A stretch of 64,000 nt of DNA from the human T2T-CHM13v2.0 reference genome, Homo sapiens. The notes beneath the pieces were generated by a model, which was not told where the DNA came from, searched no databases, and worked only from the letters and a program-made list of their open reading frames with translations. Where the stretch lies: the NCBI RefSeq assembly GCF_009914755.1, contig NC_060931.1; one strand, 5' to 3'. The number at the start of each line of letters is the position of its first letter. Within the stretch, counting starts at the first letter, position 1. Position numbers and translations under genes: made by a program. This document shows positions 1 to 14,769 of the stretch, in pieces.

Positions 1-249
1 CATCAAATCTTATCTGAGTCATATGGGGAAAGGTGGTTCTTTGCAGTAAACAATTTCCTGGAACATAAAATGGTGGGGGTTCTGAAAAACACAAGAGTGG
101 GGAATGATCCTTAACCACAACTGTGTTCTGGAGCAAAGCGCCCAGGTTCAACATTGTAAATCTTACCTCTGGACAGGTATTAGGAAATTGATTTAGCAAA
201 CCTTCCTTTATGTGTTAAAGAAAAAACTAATGAAATTGTTGTGATTTTA

Positions 250-3115
250 ATTTTTATCATTGGTACTTTGCAAATAAAAAAAAATTTTGACTTTCAGTCC
301 AACATGTAAAGACTTTAAACTCATCAATCCCATCCTCATAACCAAAGAAAGCTGAACAAATTGAAAGTTAACAATGCTACTGAATTCCATCAGAGAATTA
401 AAGTCCTGAAGAAAATGAGGAATACAGAGAGTCACAATTTGGCAGGAACAGAAGCAGTCAGAAGACATGATCTGGTAGGAACACTTACAGGGAATTGACA
501 AACTGTTGAAGACTGACATGGACTGGCTCAAGGGGTAAAACCTCCTGGGGCCAGCCTTGAAGAAGCTGTCATATGTTCTGGAGGTTCTGGAGTGTTTACC
601 TCCAGGGGCCCACCAGGTTCTCAGCGTGAAGATCACAGGAAATACTATCAAGATTCTGGCAGAGGAAAAGGAAAAGCAACCATTTTTAAACATCCCCATA
701 GTCTTCTGTTCTTCCTAACAAAGTCCTGCTCTATTTTATCAGAACTTAAACAATTTGGGTTTTTCCAGAGACTGAAGGACCTTGGGGAAGGGAAATACCC
801 AGTTCCAGCCTTCTCTAGCCTTCCTGTCTCACCTAAAGAGGAAAACAAGGCTGACAAGCACCTTTGAAGGTCAGGGACCAAGGGCAGAAGCCCACTAAAA
901 TATTAATCACAGGAGTGTAGAACACTTCCCCTCCTCCCACACATTTCCAATTAGACTACTGAATAGTAATAAGGGATTACAGCTGAAATAAGTGCAAAGC
1001 TCAGACTCTACTTAAGAAAGAGTCTAAAAGGAAATCCAAAGACAAAAGGAGGTGCAATAACAAAGATACTAGAAGAAAATTTTAGCCTCTGACACCTGTA
1101 GATACAGCCTAACCCCAGCCAGATAATACAAAACTTCATACTAATGGCCTATTTATTTCAACACCTTGTACCTGATATGTCACTTCTGGCTTTGAACAGC
1201 AACAGCAAAACCACAAGGCATGCTAAAAGGTAAAAAATAATAATCTAAACATACAAATTCAGCATCACAATTAGATTTAGAGGTGGCAGAAATTGGAATT
1301 TTCAGTCTGAAAATAGAAAATAACTATTAAATATCCTAAGTGCTCTCTTGAAAAAGTAGACCCCATATAAGAAAAGATGGATGCCATAAACAGAGAAGAC
1401 ACAGAAATTCTAAGAAATAATACAAAGTATATGCTAAAAATAAAAAATTATATATTGCAAGAAAAAGAAAAAAAAATTCTTTCAGTGGCCTGATAGGCAG
1501 ACTGGAGGCTGAGGAAAGAATCAGAGACCTGGAGACATATCAATAGAAACTTCCCAAACTGAAAAGCAAGGAGAAAAAAATGAAAAAATAAACAAAATAT
1601 CTAAGACTGTTGGACAGTTACAAAATGTGTAACAAACATGTAACTGGAATACTGCAAGAAGAGAGAAAGGAATAGAAAAAAACATTTGAAGTACTTAATG
1701 GCTAAGAATTTTCCAAAATTAATGACAGACGCCAAAACACAACACTAGGAATCTCAGAGAACACCAAATAAGATAAACACAAAAAATACATACCTAGGTA
1801 TATAATAGCCACACTGCAGAAAATCAGAGATAAAGGGAATATCTTGATAGAAGCCAAGGATGGGGAAACCCAAAACATCTTAACTATAGATGAACAAGGA
1901 TAGGAATTATATCAGATTTTTCTATAGAAATCATGCCAGTTAAAAGAAAGTGGAGTAAAATATTTTGTATTGAAAGAAGAAAAGCACCAACCAAGAATTC
2001 TATAAAGAATAAAATTATCATTAAAAAGTGAAAGAAAAATAAAGACTTTCTCAGACAAAAATTGAAGGAATTTGTTGCCGGTAGACCTGCCTTGCAAGAA
2101 ATATTAAATTATTTAGGTCAGAAACTCTAACTATACAAATGAAGGAATCGCATCAGAAAAGGAATTAAACAAAGGTAAAATAAAATTATTTATTTTTACC
2201 ATTCTTAATTGATAAATGGATTTGTTTAAAATTCTAATAGCAGCAATATATTTGGTGATTATAGCTTATGAGTAAGTGAAATCAGTAACAGAAATATTAC
2301 AAGGCATGGGAGGGAGTAATTGAGAATGCTTTGTAATAAGGTACCTGTACTACACATGAAGCAGCACAGTGTTACTTGAAAATGAACTTAGATTACTTGT
2401 AAATGTATATTGCAAACTCTAGGGCAAACACTAATTTTTTTCTGGGCCACGTAATGCACTGTAAAATAGAAGGAATAACAATCACACAAAATAAGCTCTC
2501 AGTTCACAATAAAATTAAACTAAAACAACAGAATGATAGTTGGAAATTCCCCAAATATTTGGAGATTATAAAACAGAGTATTAAATAACAGACCAGTCAA
2601 ATAAGAAGTATCAGGAGAAATTAGATATATTTGAACTAAATTAAAATGGAGAAAAAAATCAAAATTTGTAGGATACAGTGAAAGCAGCATTTCAAAGGAA
2701 ACTTATAGTATTGAATGTGTATATTAGAAAAAAAAAACCTGAACTCAAAAAATCTAAGCTTCCACATTAGGAAACTAGAAAAAGAAGAGCAAATTAAATC
2801 CAAAGTAAGAAGAAGATACAAAATTACAAAAACTAGAGCAGAAATCAGTGATCTTGAAAACACGAGATCAATACATAAAATCAATGAATCCAAGAGCTGT
2901 TTTTTTTTAAAGATAAGTAAAATTTATAGACTTCTACCCAGGTTAATACCCCTGCCCCCAAAAGAAAAGAGAGAAGACACAAATGACTAATATCAGGAAT
3001 GAAAGAGGGGTCATCACTACTGATCCTTTGGATATTAAAAGGATAATAAATAAATATTATACACAACTCTTTGCCCACAAATAAACCAGATAAAATGAAT
3101 CAATTTCTTGAAAGA
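250..3115 (+). mobile_element. Old LINE-1 (L1M/L1MC-MD class) 5' portion: 5'UTR, decayed ORF1, part of ORF2
   Basis: A-rich L1 texture. ORF 2715-2990 (KLEKEEQIKSKVRRR..KTRAEISDLE..KINESKSCFF) resembles the post-endonuclease region of L1 ORF2. ORF1-end motif 'gaatttgttgccggtagacctgccttgcaagaaatatt' near 2070-2105. Boundaries approximate. Confidence 0.85.
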
Positions 3116-3364
3116 TACTGCTCTTCTGGGGACACAATTTGAGAAACCTTGCTTTAAATGAACTCAGATTGCCATGATGTTTAAATTTTTCTGTCAGTTT
3201 TTTTTAACAATCTTCATCCTTAATATTGAAATTCCATTTGTCATTTCTCCTTTATCTTAAAGGAATAACAAAAGCAGACACCTACAACTGTATATCCATT
3301 TATTCATCCTTTAAACTTGTCTATCTGTGTCTCACTGAACACTGTGTAAGATGCAGAGGATTGT

Positions 3365-3700
3365 GTTGGCTAGGGATCATTTGGTAGCAGTGAGAAAAAA
3401 GTTTTAGTCAGCTGAAGTGGAAGAAGGAGTTTACTGGTGGGAATCAATCCATCTCACAGAATTTACAAGTAGCGAGTACTGCTGGGTCTAAGGAGGTGCT
3501 AAAACCAGGAGCTAAAAAGTTATTATGAATCTAGGTGTATTTGTGCTTATTGCTGTCCCTCTCCCTTTCTCTCTCTCTCTCTGGCACCACAGGTCCATAT
3601 TACATCTCCTTCCTATTCAAGTCCCCAGTTGAGCTGACTGGAGTTATTTTCTACCAATTACAAGTGTCAGGGAGAGATAGTAAAATGCTCAATTTTGTCA
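3365..3700 (-). mobile_element. Probable ancient MLT1-type (MaLR) LTR fragment
   Basis: Degenerate resemblance to the reverse-complemented end of old MLT1 LTRs ('tgttggctagggatcatttggtagcagtgagaaaa...ggagtttactgg'). Confidence 0.4.
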
Positions 3701-3775
3701 TCTGTGACCCAAACATCTGTGTTTTAGTCAGCCTCCAGGTAATTCAGATACATGCTAGAGTGTGAGAAACCTTGG
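3700..3775. mobile_element. MER5-like (hAT-Charlie MITE) terminal fragment
   Basis: 'ccaggtaattcagatacatgctagagtgtgagaaacc' resembles the MER5 terminus ccaggtgattctgatgcacgctaaagtttgagaaccactg. Confidence 0.5.
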
Positions 3776-6224
3776 GCCAGAGCAATTATCCAGGAAGGAG
3801 GCTTCTGAGAGTTGTTGGCAGCCAACATTGACTGCTACAGCTCGGAGATGAGTGCACCATGGGTGCAGTCAATGGAAGACATCAATGGCTTCCACTACAG
3901 GTGCTAAGTGCCAGCTCCTCTCTTTTTATATTCACTTAGAAAATTTTACTCTAGGACACAAAAAATTCTAAGAGCAGAGGAGACAAGTGTCCTCTAATGT
4001 GTCCTAAAATTGATAATAACCGTAAAAAGTTATAGGTCAAATAGGAAAAGGAGCACTGTAGAAGCAGAGCATCTTACAGTATCTTAAGCATATTACAATT
4101 TACAATGGAAAACTGCAGAGTACATTGGTCTTTGAACAGAGCAGTCAGAGAAATTCTACCACTGAATAGCATGGCCTCATGGGCTGAGTGCTTGTTAGAT
4201 ATGTGACCCCGTTGAAGCACTTCTATTGAATGTGTTTGCAGAACAAGATAGATGGACACTGTCAAGACCCACATGCCCTCTCAAGGGGAACTTCAGAGTT
4301 CTGGGATAGGAAGCTCTTCATTCATGGATGAGGAAATCCATTTACACACAAAACCTCAGCACAAGGTTCATCAACAATTCTCTGACACAAGAGAGATAAC
4401 ATTTCTTGGAAGATTTGGAAAAACAAATATCCTAAAATAATTTATTAAAGAAAATAGAAGATTTTTTGAGAAAATTTACTTAGTGTTCTATCTTACAAAA
4501 GATAGAGGAAAATATTGCCTTAATTCTTTCTAAAAAACTGACTCGAATATGTCACATGATATGAATTATAAATGAAGACTCAAACTATGTTTTATTGGAC
4601 TCTCCTATGTAAACAATAGGATGAAATGTAATTCACTGGAGACCTATCAGTAATCTTCATGGGGGCAAGTATGGTGGAAGGAATGGGCACATCATTGAAC
4701 CTACTTTGATGTGCAGAATCATTCTATCCTTTTATAGTGTGATCTAGCTCATGGGCCAAAGGAAACAATTTGCTTTTCTCTGTTATTATTCACAAGTCCT
4801 ACAGCAGGGTTTGCTACCAGATTCTGAAGTCTAATAAAATATTATCATGACTGGTTAAAAATAAATGACTGATGTCTACTGTAAAAAATTAGCTCATATA
4901 GTACCATTCTAGGAGGTACTATTAACAAAGTATAATTTAGTAAGTCCTATATATTATGATATAATTTACAAATTTGTACTCTAGTCACCACTAAATAAGC
5001 CTAATAACCAAACTTTCATAAAAGTAATGTATAATTTTCTCTGATTAAATACATTATTACAGAAGGCAAAAGCAGATTTTGCCAAAGTATATTCCTTTGA
5101 CACTCTGAGTTGCATATGATTTTCATAAATACTTTTATGCATTATATTGAGTTCAAAATCCATGGCATATGTTTAACATTACATGTTGAAGAAATTCCAA
5201 GTTTACATTCAATAGTTAAAGTAAACAAATGCTTAGAAACACATAAAATTTTTATAAACTGTCACTACCTAACTGTCACCTGTCAATGTAAACATTTTAA
5301 AATTAACAGACATGTAATCACTGGCTGGAGTGATCACATGAAAACCATGGCCAGATAAACTTTGGGAAAATGAACATAAATGTTTCATGCAGATAAAAGA
5401 AGACAAAAAAGAAGATGGTCCATTACAATTTGGAGAGATCACAGCTGACCCCCTTCCTGCTTTGTGTGCTGCCTGGGCAGAAAAAAACAGAGCCTTTCTG
5501 GAATCTGAAGAGGGAGAGGGGGTAGAATGGGTGTTCTGCCTGGGGTGGTCATCCTATGGTAATCTAAGAAGGTCTATGTGTCTGAATTGGCCAATATGTG
5601 TGACATACTCCACGCGTACATTATGCTGGCATGCCCAGAGTTGTCATGACCTAAGAGCCATCAATGTGTCTTGACTCTTGAGTATCATATCAGTCATCCC
5701 AGACTGCTAGTTCATCCAGAAGGAAAAAGATGGTCAAATAGGTGTTTGATAAGTGTATCAGTAATGCCTTTTTTCCAGCATCCTTTCGTACCTTGGAGTG
5801 GTTCTGCCCTTGCAGCCAGAATGTTGCCAAAAGCAGATGGCTGCTAGGTGAGATGTTTTAGTAGCTCATCTTAGAATTCAAACTCCTGTTAATCAAGCAA
5901 TATCCTTCTGTCTGGGTACATTTGAACTGTCTGCCGTTCTCTTCTCCAGGCTAGTAGGCAGGGAATGGATATATGGAATGTAGTGTAAGCCCTAAGTAAT
6001 CTGGATAATAGGAATCTCTTTATCCTCAAACTGTCTTTCCCAAATTATCTATCTTAAAATTAGGGGCATGTGGATATTCTGTCCCCAGTAGTTACTCTTT
6101 GTCTCCTCTAGAATCTGAGTAAATCCAAGTCATGGTTTTACCAGTTGTTGGTTGAACAACTCTTTTAACCCCTCTATGCCTTAAATAAATCATGTAAAGC
6201 AAGGACAGCAATAGGGATTTAACA

Positions 6225-6445
6225 GCAAAAAAATTTACAAGCCCAGCTTCACTATTTTCTAGCTGAGTGACCATGGGGAAGTTATTTAACTCCTCTGTGG
6301 CTCAATTTCTTTCTGTGTAAAGCATGGATCATAACAGTTTCTATTTCATAGATTTGATATGAAAATTAAATGAATTAACGCATGTATGTTACATAGAACA
6401 GACCTTGGCACACTGTAGACACTATATAAGTGCTTGCTGTCCTTA
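6225..6445 (+). mobile_element. MIR SINE
   Basis: MIR core 'agctgagtgaccatggggaagttatttaactcctctgtggctcaatttctttctgtgtaaa' and 3' part 'gaacagaccttggcacactgtagacac'. Confidence 0.85.
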
Positions 6446-6453
6446 CCGATACT

Positions 6454-6486
6454 ATCATTATCATCATCATCATCATCATTATCATT
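6454..6486. repeat. (ATC)n microsatellite at the MIR tail
   Basis: atcattatcatcatcatcatcatcattatcatt read directly. Confidence 0.9.
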
Positions 6487-6588
6487 GCATTTTCCATACC
6501 CAACTGAAGAATTTTTCGTGTCATCAGTAGATATCTCTGCCCTTATTTGTCAATATGATCATGTAAAAATTATACCTAGGTTAAACTT

Positions 6589-6856
6589 TTTTTCTTATGG
6601 AATCTCACTATGTCACCCAGGCTGGAGTGCAACGGTGCAGTATCAGCTCACTGCAACTTCCGCCTCCTAGGTTCAAGCAGTTCTCCTGCCTCAGCTTCCT
6701 GAGTAGCTGGGACTACAGGCACCTACCACCACACCCAGCTAATTTTGTATTTTTAGTACAGACGGGGTTTCATCATGTTGGCCAGGCTGGTCTTGAACTC
6801 CTGACCGCAAGCGATCTGCCTGGCTCAGCCTCCCAAAGTGCTGGGACTACAGGTCC
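6589..6856 (-). mobile_element. Alu (AluS-type), about 20 bp short at the 5' end
   Basis: Reverse-complement Alu. Flanking direct repeat aggttaaactt at 6578-6588 and 6857-6867. Confidence 0.95.
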
Positions 6857-7141
6857 AGGTTAAACTTACTTTTAAAAACTTACATAGATATAGAGATAAA
6901 TAATAAAATATATAAGTAATATTTGAATTGTGTTTCAGTGGGCTATTTTTTTCTCCCTTAAAATGTATGTGTTTTTAAAAAGTATAAGAGTATCATTGTT
7001 AATAAAAATATAAACTTAAAAAATGCTCATAGCTGACAAAGAGTAATAATGAACATCTGGAAAAGAGAAGTATTATTTAATCTGTGATAGTTGGACAATT
7101 GGCTAGCTTCTGTCAAAATAAATATCTAAAGAAAAAAATTT

Positions 7142-7490
<349 letters not shown>

Positions 7491-7577
7491 TTAACAAATT
7501 TCTGAATAAGGATAAATTTTAGAAGGTTAAAGTAACAGAAGAACTCATAACAACAATACTTCAGACAAGGTGAGACT

Positions 7578-7765
7578 ATTAGAATGGTGGATTGAGGAAC
7601 TTGGTAGATCCTCTCTTTAATAAACACAACAAAATATCAGCAAAATCAACATTTTTGGAACTCCAGAAATTAATCAAAGGCTTACAATACTCTGAAGAGC
7701 AATTATATTCCAGAAAAACGACTGAACTTTGTGATGTCTTAACTTGGCTTACTCCCATCCCCTTG
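7578..7765 (+). mobile_element. L1M 5'UTR fragment
   Basis: Visibly similar to 16880-17055 (gaactccagaaattaatcaaaggcttacaatac vs gaattctggaaattaaccaaaggcttacaacaatac). Confidence 0.65.
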
Positions 7766-7769
7766 TCCA

Positions 7770-8497
7770 CAGAAATGCAGTTTAAAACCACAATAAGATA
7801 CCACTCACACTTACTAGATTGATTGTGATAATAATTAAGACAGACAATAACAAATATCAGTGAGGATGTGGAGAAACAGGCCTGGTGGGAATGTAAATTG
7901 GTGCAGCCACTTTGGACTATGGCTTGACAGTTTCTCAGAAAGATAAATATAAAATTATCTTTTGACTCAGCAATTCCACTCCTAAGCACCTACCAAAGAG
8001 AACGTATTTCCACACAAAAACATATGTTGATAGTACCTTATTCATCATATCCAAAACCTGAAAAACTGCTAATCAACTAGATAGACAAAAAAGGATGGAG
8101 AGACAAAATATGGCATATTCATACAATAAAATATTATTCAGTAATAAAAACAATTGAAACATGTTATGTCATGGATGAACTTCAAACATGATGCTACATG
8201 AAACAAGCCAAACAAAAGATACCACATATTGCATGATCCCATTTATAAGAGATATTCATAAAAGGCAAATTGTTAGAGAGGGAAAGTAGATTAATTATTG
8301 CCTGAGCTGGGAATGGGGAGGGGGATTAAGTGTACATAAGGAATGATCCTATTGGAAGGCTAAAAATCAGTTATAAAACTGATTTATGTGATGTTTACAC
8401 CACTCATTAAAGCTACCAGTGATCATCAAACTGTGTATTTGAAAAAGGTGAATTTTACGATATGTAAAATACACTTCAATAAAGTTAACAACAACAA
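7770..8497 (+). mobile_element. Old L1 (L1MB/ME class) 3' end
   Basis: 'gaaatgcagtttaaaaccacaataagataccac', 'gaggatgtggagaaa', 'cagcaattccactcct'. Ends with cttcaataaag and an A-rich tail. Confidence 0.9.
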
Positions 8498-9119
8498 GAA
8501 AATGTTTTAAGCTAATTCCCTGTCCCATAAACCAGGGGATATTTTGCTGGGTGCATTCTGGGACCAATGGCCTAGAGTCCTGGTTACGCAAAGAGGCAGG
8601 ATTTCAGTTGCCAATAATGTGCTGTGCCTGGCATGGACAGAGGAAAGAATTCATAAATCAGTGTCTGGTGGAGTCTTTGAATAAAAAGCCCATTAAAAAT
8701 GGCCTTTCTTTAAAAACAGAGTTCTGGGTGTAAAGTCAAATTACTGGATGACAGAGAGCCAAATATGTGTAAGAAGATTTAAAGCCAAATTTAGGAGGCA
8801 GAACAGGGACAAATTCTTAAAATAGCAGAGAGATAGCTGAGCGGCCTTGGACAGCTCCACATGCACTCTAGAAGAGTGTTATGTTCACTGCCAGGCATAG
8901 TTCTTCTCTTAGATCTTAAGTAAGAATGTAAATGTTCAAGGACCAATAACCAAGTGAAAAACAAAGTAGAACTTCGTTATTCTAGACAAAAACCTTTTGT
9001 CACTGAAGCTATACTTGAGAAAAATTCAGATTATAAAACAGTTTTGTTTCTTCAATTGAATCCTTCATATTTTATCTTTCTCCTTCAACAAAGGGTAGGA
9101 TATTCGCTGTACAGTTCAC

Positions 9120-9440
9120 AACCATTCATTAAGAATTATCAAGCAAGTATTATGCGTTAAGTACTTGCACTTGGGATATGACAGTAATAAAACAGACCAT
9201 AACTTTTTCCCTCATTGAGCTTGCATCCTCACAGAGAGAGGGTAACAAGAACATACAAATAGATATAGATATCAAGTTAAGTCATATAGAGATTCTACAC
9301 AAAAATATAAATAGGGAAGGGGTGTGAGCAGCAAAACAGGAAAGGCATTGTGATTTTAGGGTGGTCAAGGAAATGTCAAAGAGAAGGTGGGACACTCTGG
9401 GAAGGGTCATCCCACTGAGTGAGGCAATCTCTGCAGTGGT
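9120..9440 (-). mobile_element. L2 fragment (3' end)
   Basis: 'cattcattaagaattatcaagcaagtattatg...gggatatgacagtaataaaacagac...ccctcattgagctt' matches the reverse-complemented L2 3' end. Confidence 0.7.
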
Positions 9441-10011
9441 TGACAACTGAACATGGCTCACCAAGAGCACTCCCAGCCACACTGGCAATGTCTTTCGTTA
9501 AAGAGAAATCCAAGTCCACCATGTGCTCCAATATTCTCAAACAATGAAATGACCAGAATGAGTTATTTACCTGTGATTTAGTTATTAATCTCCACGTATA
9601 GGTGGTTACACCCCATGATAGCAAACCCAGATGAGGGAGTAACAGGAGTGTAATACGTGATTGCTAAATTATTAGGTGTAGAAGATAGTATAGGAATCCA
9701 AAAAATGTAAGAAGAATGTAGAAGGAGAAATCATCAAAACGTAGACAGATTGCAACATGGGCATTTGCCATCTCTTTAATTGTTAGGACTCATAAAATAT
9801 AGATAATATTATTGGCATACTGTCTCTTTTTATTCTCAAGTACTTTAGGATACAAGTGAAAAATTGCAGTCATATATATATTTTTAAAGTTCTATTTACT
9901 TCAAGTCAGTGCCAAATTCTCATTATTTAGCATTTATTCACATTCTAATGCAAGACAATTTAAGCTGAATCACTATTATCACAAAGACTTTTCAAGAGTG
10001 TATATCTTCAG

Positions 10012-10577
<566 letters not shown>

Positions 10578-11874
10578 AAAGAATCCTGTTTGATGGCAAC
10601 AAGAGATACACTCCTGATAAGGGCTGATTAACAGAGATGACAGTCATATGTCAATGATCTGAGGAGCACTCCCCAGTCTAGCCTCAAGCCTCAACTGCAG
10701 TTCTTTACCTCAGATATTGAATGGGACAGTCACCCACAATGAGATCATCCACTTTGGTGATGGGAATTTAGAGAGCCAGGAAACTAAAGACTTAAACAGT
10801 AACACAAGAGGTGATAATAATTTGGTGAAAACTAACAAGGCAATTCAGTTGCATATAATTTCACAGAAAAAAATTATGATCTTTAACACATGCTGTACGA
10901 TAGGGTTAATTCTCTGAAGATATATACAAAAATCAGTCCAGCATTGGAGGAATGGAATGCAATGTTTAACAAAAGTAAATTGCTGAAAAGTTGTCATTAC
11001 AAAGAAACTCTGAAGTGTGCAATTGCTTTAGCTAAAGCAGATGGAGTTAATCATGCCATGTTCAAGATTTTTTTTCACCTCCCCTTGAAATAATTAGCCA
11101 CAAGACTATAAGTACATTTTTCATGTCAAATGGACAGTGGCTTCAAAGAAATTGGAGGACAGAACTCTAGGAGAGAGTGAGAAAAGAAGATTGACTGGAT
11201 GCACGAAAGACAAAATATCAACGTTTTTTGTGTAATCACTGAACATGTGTCAGCAAGTATGAGGTCACTTTTTAACTGGGAACAATACAACTAAAATAGG
11301 TAGTTTGTTAAATAAGAGAAGCAATGAAGTGGAGCTCATCTTGCTGATCAACTCAAAGCCTTGCAGAATTTTGGGGGCAACATGGAATTTTAGTTAAATC
11401 TAAACTCAAACAACATGAGTTAAAGTAATGAAACTGCTAGAAAACTAATATTAAATACGATGCCTGAAAATGAAGAGCAAAAAACCTAATTCAAACCCTA
11501 CTCAAATCAAACTTGATGACATGTCTTTTGGTCTGAACTGCACACTTGGCCTAATAGTGGCAAGGTTAGGTGTGTCAGGAGAACGTTTATATTATGGAGG
11601 GCCTAGTAGAAGCTCTCTTATTGAAGGCTATCAGCCTGGTATTAGTTTAGTTCATCAAAATGTCCATTATATGACTTCTGCCATGGTCATTTGAATCCAA
11701 ATCTTTAGTAAGGAATGGTTAGTGAGTTTTATCCAATTCAGTTTGGTTGCTCTCAGATTCTAGTTACATAAGCAGAAAAATAGGCATACTTCTGAGTTCG
11801 CCTTGCTAGAACTACTTACTGTCAAAACCTGTGCAGGGTATCACCAACCAGAAATAATCATCATCATCATTATT

Positions 11875-12085
11875 TTCTGGTCAAAGCGCTTTATATAGTA
11901 ACTCTTGTAATTGTAATAATAGTACGCTGTGAGGTAGGTCCAATGAGTATAGCCTCATTTTACTAATGAGCAAGCAGAGGTGCAGAGAGGTTAAGTGACT
12001 TCACTACATCACACACTAGTGAGTAGCAGAGTTGAGACTGAAATCCAGTTATTGCATCTTCAGAGTCTGTGCACTTAACCACAAT
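11875..12085 (-). mobile_element. MIR SINE
   Basis: 'gtgaggtagg...cattttactaatgagcaagcagaggtgcagagaggttaagtgact...cttaaccac'. Confidence 0.85.
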
Positions 12086-13334
12086 AATATACCGTTGTGA
12101 CAGCTACGTGGAAACCACTTTACTCTAATATGTGCATATTCTCCCTCCTGGCTCTAACCACAGGCTTCTTACCCACTATTGCTGACAATTCTGTGGAGTA
12201 TCTCTTTTTGCTTCTTCTCTAGGGTGATCCAAGTCAACGTTTATGAGAATGCCATAACTTACATGTAGCCTCAATGGAATCAAGTTTCTTTTCTTCAGTA
12301 TTAGAGAACAGGATCCTGGAAAGCCTAAATATAAAGTCAATGGAAATTTACCCCATTCAAAAATACAGCATCCTATATATCATAACATAAAAATGCTCAA
12401 AGGGGCTATATCTAAGGTCTACTCATATAACTTGAAAGTAATGATTCAAAAATGTTTTGTAAAAACTCACAAAAAAATGTTCTAAGCAGTTTTGGAATGC
12501 ATAATTGATGTTTGTGGTACCCAGGGACAAATTAGTCATTCAGAATTTCAGAAAGGAAGAAAAGCCCCATGGGTGTTTCTCCAAATATTATTTTACTCCT
12601 TTCTTTCCTATTGTCCCTGTTTATTATAATGACCTGTCAGAATTTTTTGGATAGCACCAGCCTTTCGTCACATAGCTAAGACCACTTGAGAAACACCCGA
12701 ATGTTCTGGTGTTCCCTCGGTATCTATATCCAACCCTGAGCCTGGTCAGCAATGATACAAGGAGTTGTAAATCAGAGAAGTTAACTCAGTTCTGCTGTAA
12801 TCTAGGGCTTCTCTCTTTCTGTATCCAGCAATAATACTCTAGACACATGCTCGTAAGTCTTAGTCTGACTTTACAAGCTTAGTCACTGCTGTAGTGGCTT
12901 CTAGGGAAGTCATATGTCTTCCCTTGCTTGCCCCTTTCCCAAAACGAAAACCAACCAGGGTTCTACCTTTTGAATTTGAGTCTTGTAACCTAAGGATTTA
13001 AACTCCTGCCTATCCCAAACATTGATGAGCCCCAGAGAAACTGTGTTTCTAAACTCCATTTTGATAACTTTTTGCATTTTACTTCTTGGCAGAATATCCT
13101 GATGCTTACTATTGCTTCAACCACTACTTGCTTCCTATTGTCATTTATTTTTAAAAAATGCATAACCTTGCTATATTGGAGTTCTTCTGATCCATAACCT
13201 GGTAGATGCCATCCTCCCCAGCCATCCTGTCATGTCCCCTACTCTATGGTAGGGCAGCTATTTATTTTTATCATGGTCTTCATGTTCCTTGACAGTAACA
13301 TTAGAGTTACCAAATCTATTTTAAGTCAAAATAG

Positions 13335-13492
13335 ACTTTAAATTCCAAAGGGGCAGGGAGGTTTACTTTCTCTTTTTCTTTCTTTCTTTTTTAATTTTTG
13401 TCTTATCATTTGTTAAATTCTTGTTGTACAGCACACTGGTAAATTACCTGGCATGTAGTGGACTCTCAGAAATGTCTGTTGAATAATGAAAG
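13335..13492 (+). mobile_element. L2 3' end
   Basis: 'ggggcaggga...cctggcatgtagtggactctcagaaatgtctgttgaataatgaa'. Confidence 0.6.
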
Positions 13493-13774
13493 GAAGGAAA
13501 TGAAGAGGGAAGAAAGGATAGCTGTGAAGCTTTAAAAACTAGAACTCATTCAAGAAGTGGTAATGAAAGATAAAGTCCTATTACAATTCCTGGTTTCTGA
13601 ATTAAAAAAAAGTACTACATTTTGGCAGACAACTTAATCTGTTAGTGATGACATTGAGGTCAATGGTCATTGACAATGTAATAATAATTAAGATTTAAAT
13701 ATTTTGGTGCTACTAATTTTATTTAGAAACTAATAGTAACACTTAGATCTCTGATACTAAGAATAATAAATGCT

Positions 13775-13925
13775 GCACGGTGAGCAGGAAGAACATGAAG
13801 TCATACATTTTTCTGTTCCAACTCAGCTTAAGCTCTTTCTAGTTGTGTGAACATGGATAAGTAAATTAAGCTCTGGAAAATCTACTTTCCCCATTATAAA
13901 AGGGGACTAGTACTTCTTAAGTAGG
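13775..13925 (+). mobile_element. MIR fragment
   Basis: 'tctagttgtgtgaacatggataagtaaattaagctct...ttccccattataaaagggg'. Confidence 0.7.
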
Positions 13926-14370
13926 TTTGAATATGTTACCAATATTTGCCTCTAGGGGCAAGGTAGAATATTTTATTTAAGTGTTAGAGGGGAAAAAAAA
14001 GGAATAATGTTATTAAGAAAGTTTAGTCACTTGAAAAGATGTAAAAGTTTGTATAACATCATTTTTGTATGTTAATTTATAAATGAAAAAATAATAAAAG
14101 TATATTTTTCCACAAAAGCTACCTTGAATTATTTCTGTGTTGTGGGCTTATCACATTTTCGTTGTTAAACACTTGTATTTATCAATATGTATGAAACTCA
14201 CAAATTGAAAACACATAGATATAAGGAAAAAGGGAATTTAATATGTGTTAGATCAATGTTTTTAGCACATTTGTTTTCCTGAATAGGAATAACTGATAGA
14301 TAAAAACTTGCCCAAATTAGCATATTTGTTTTAATGTTATTTTAAAATCAATTAGTAGTATTTTAAATGA

Positions 14371-14769
<399 letters not shown>

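Noticed and set aside
247-699. 150-aa minus-strand ORF
   Set aside because: Antisense to an L1 5'UTR, with no recognisable domain.
5387-5674. 95-aa ORF in apparently unique DNA
   Set aside because: No recognisable homology or supported splice context, and the length is within chance.
11330-11560. Possible CR1/L3 remnant
   Set aside because: Resemblance too faint to support without a profile search.
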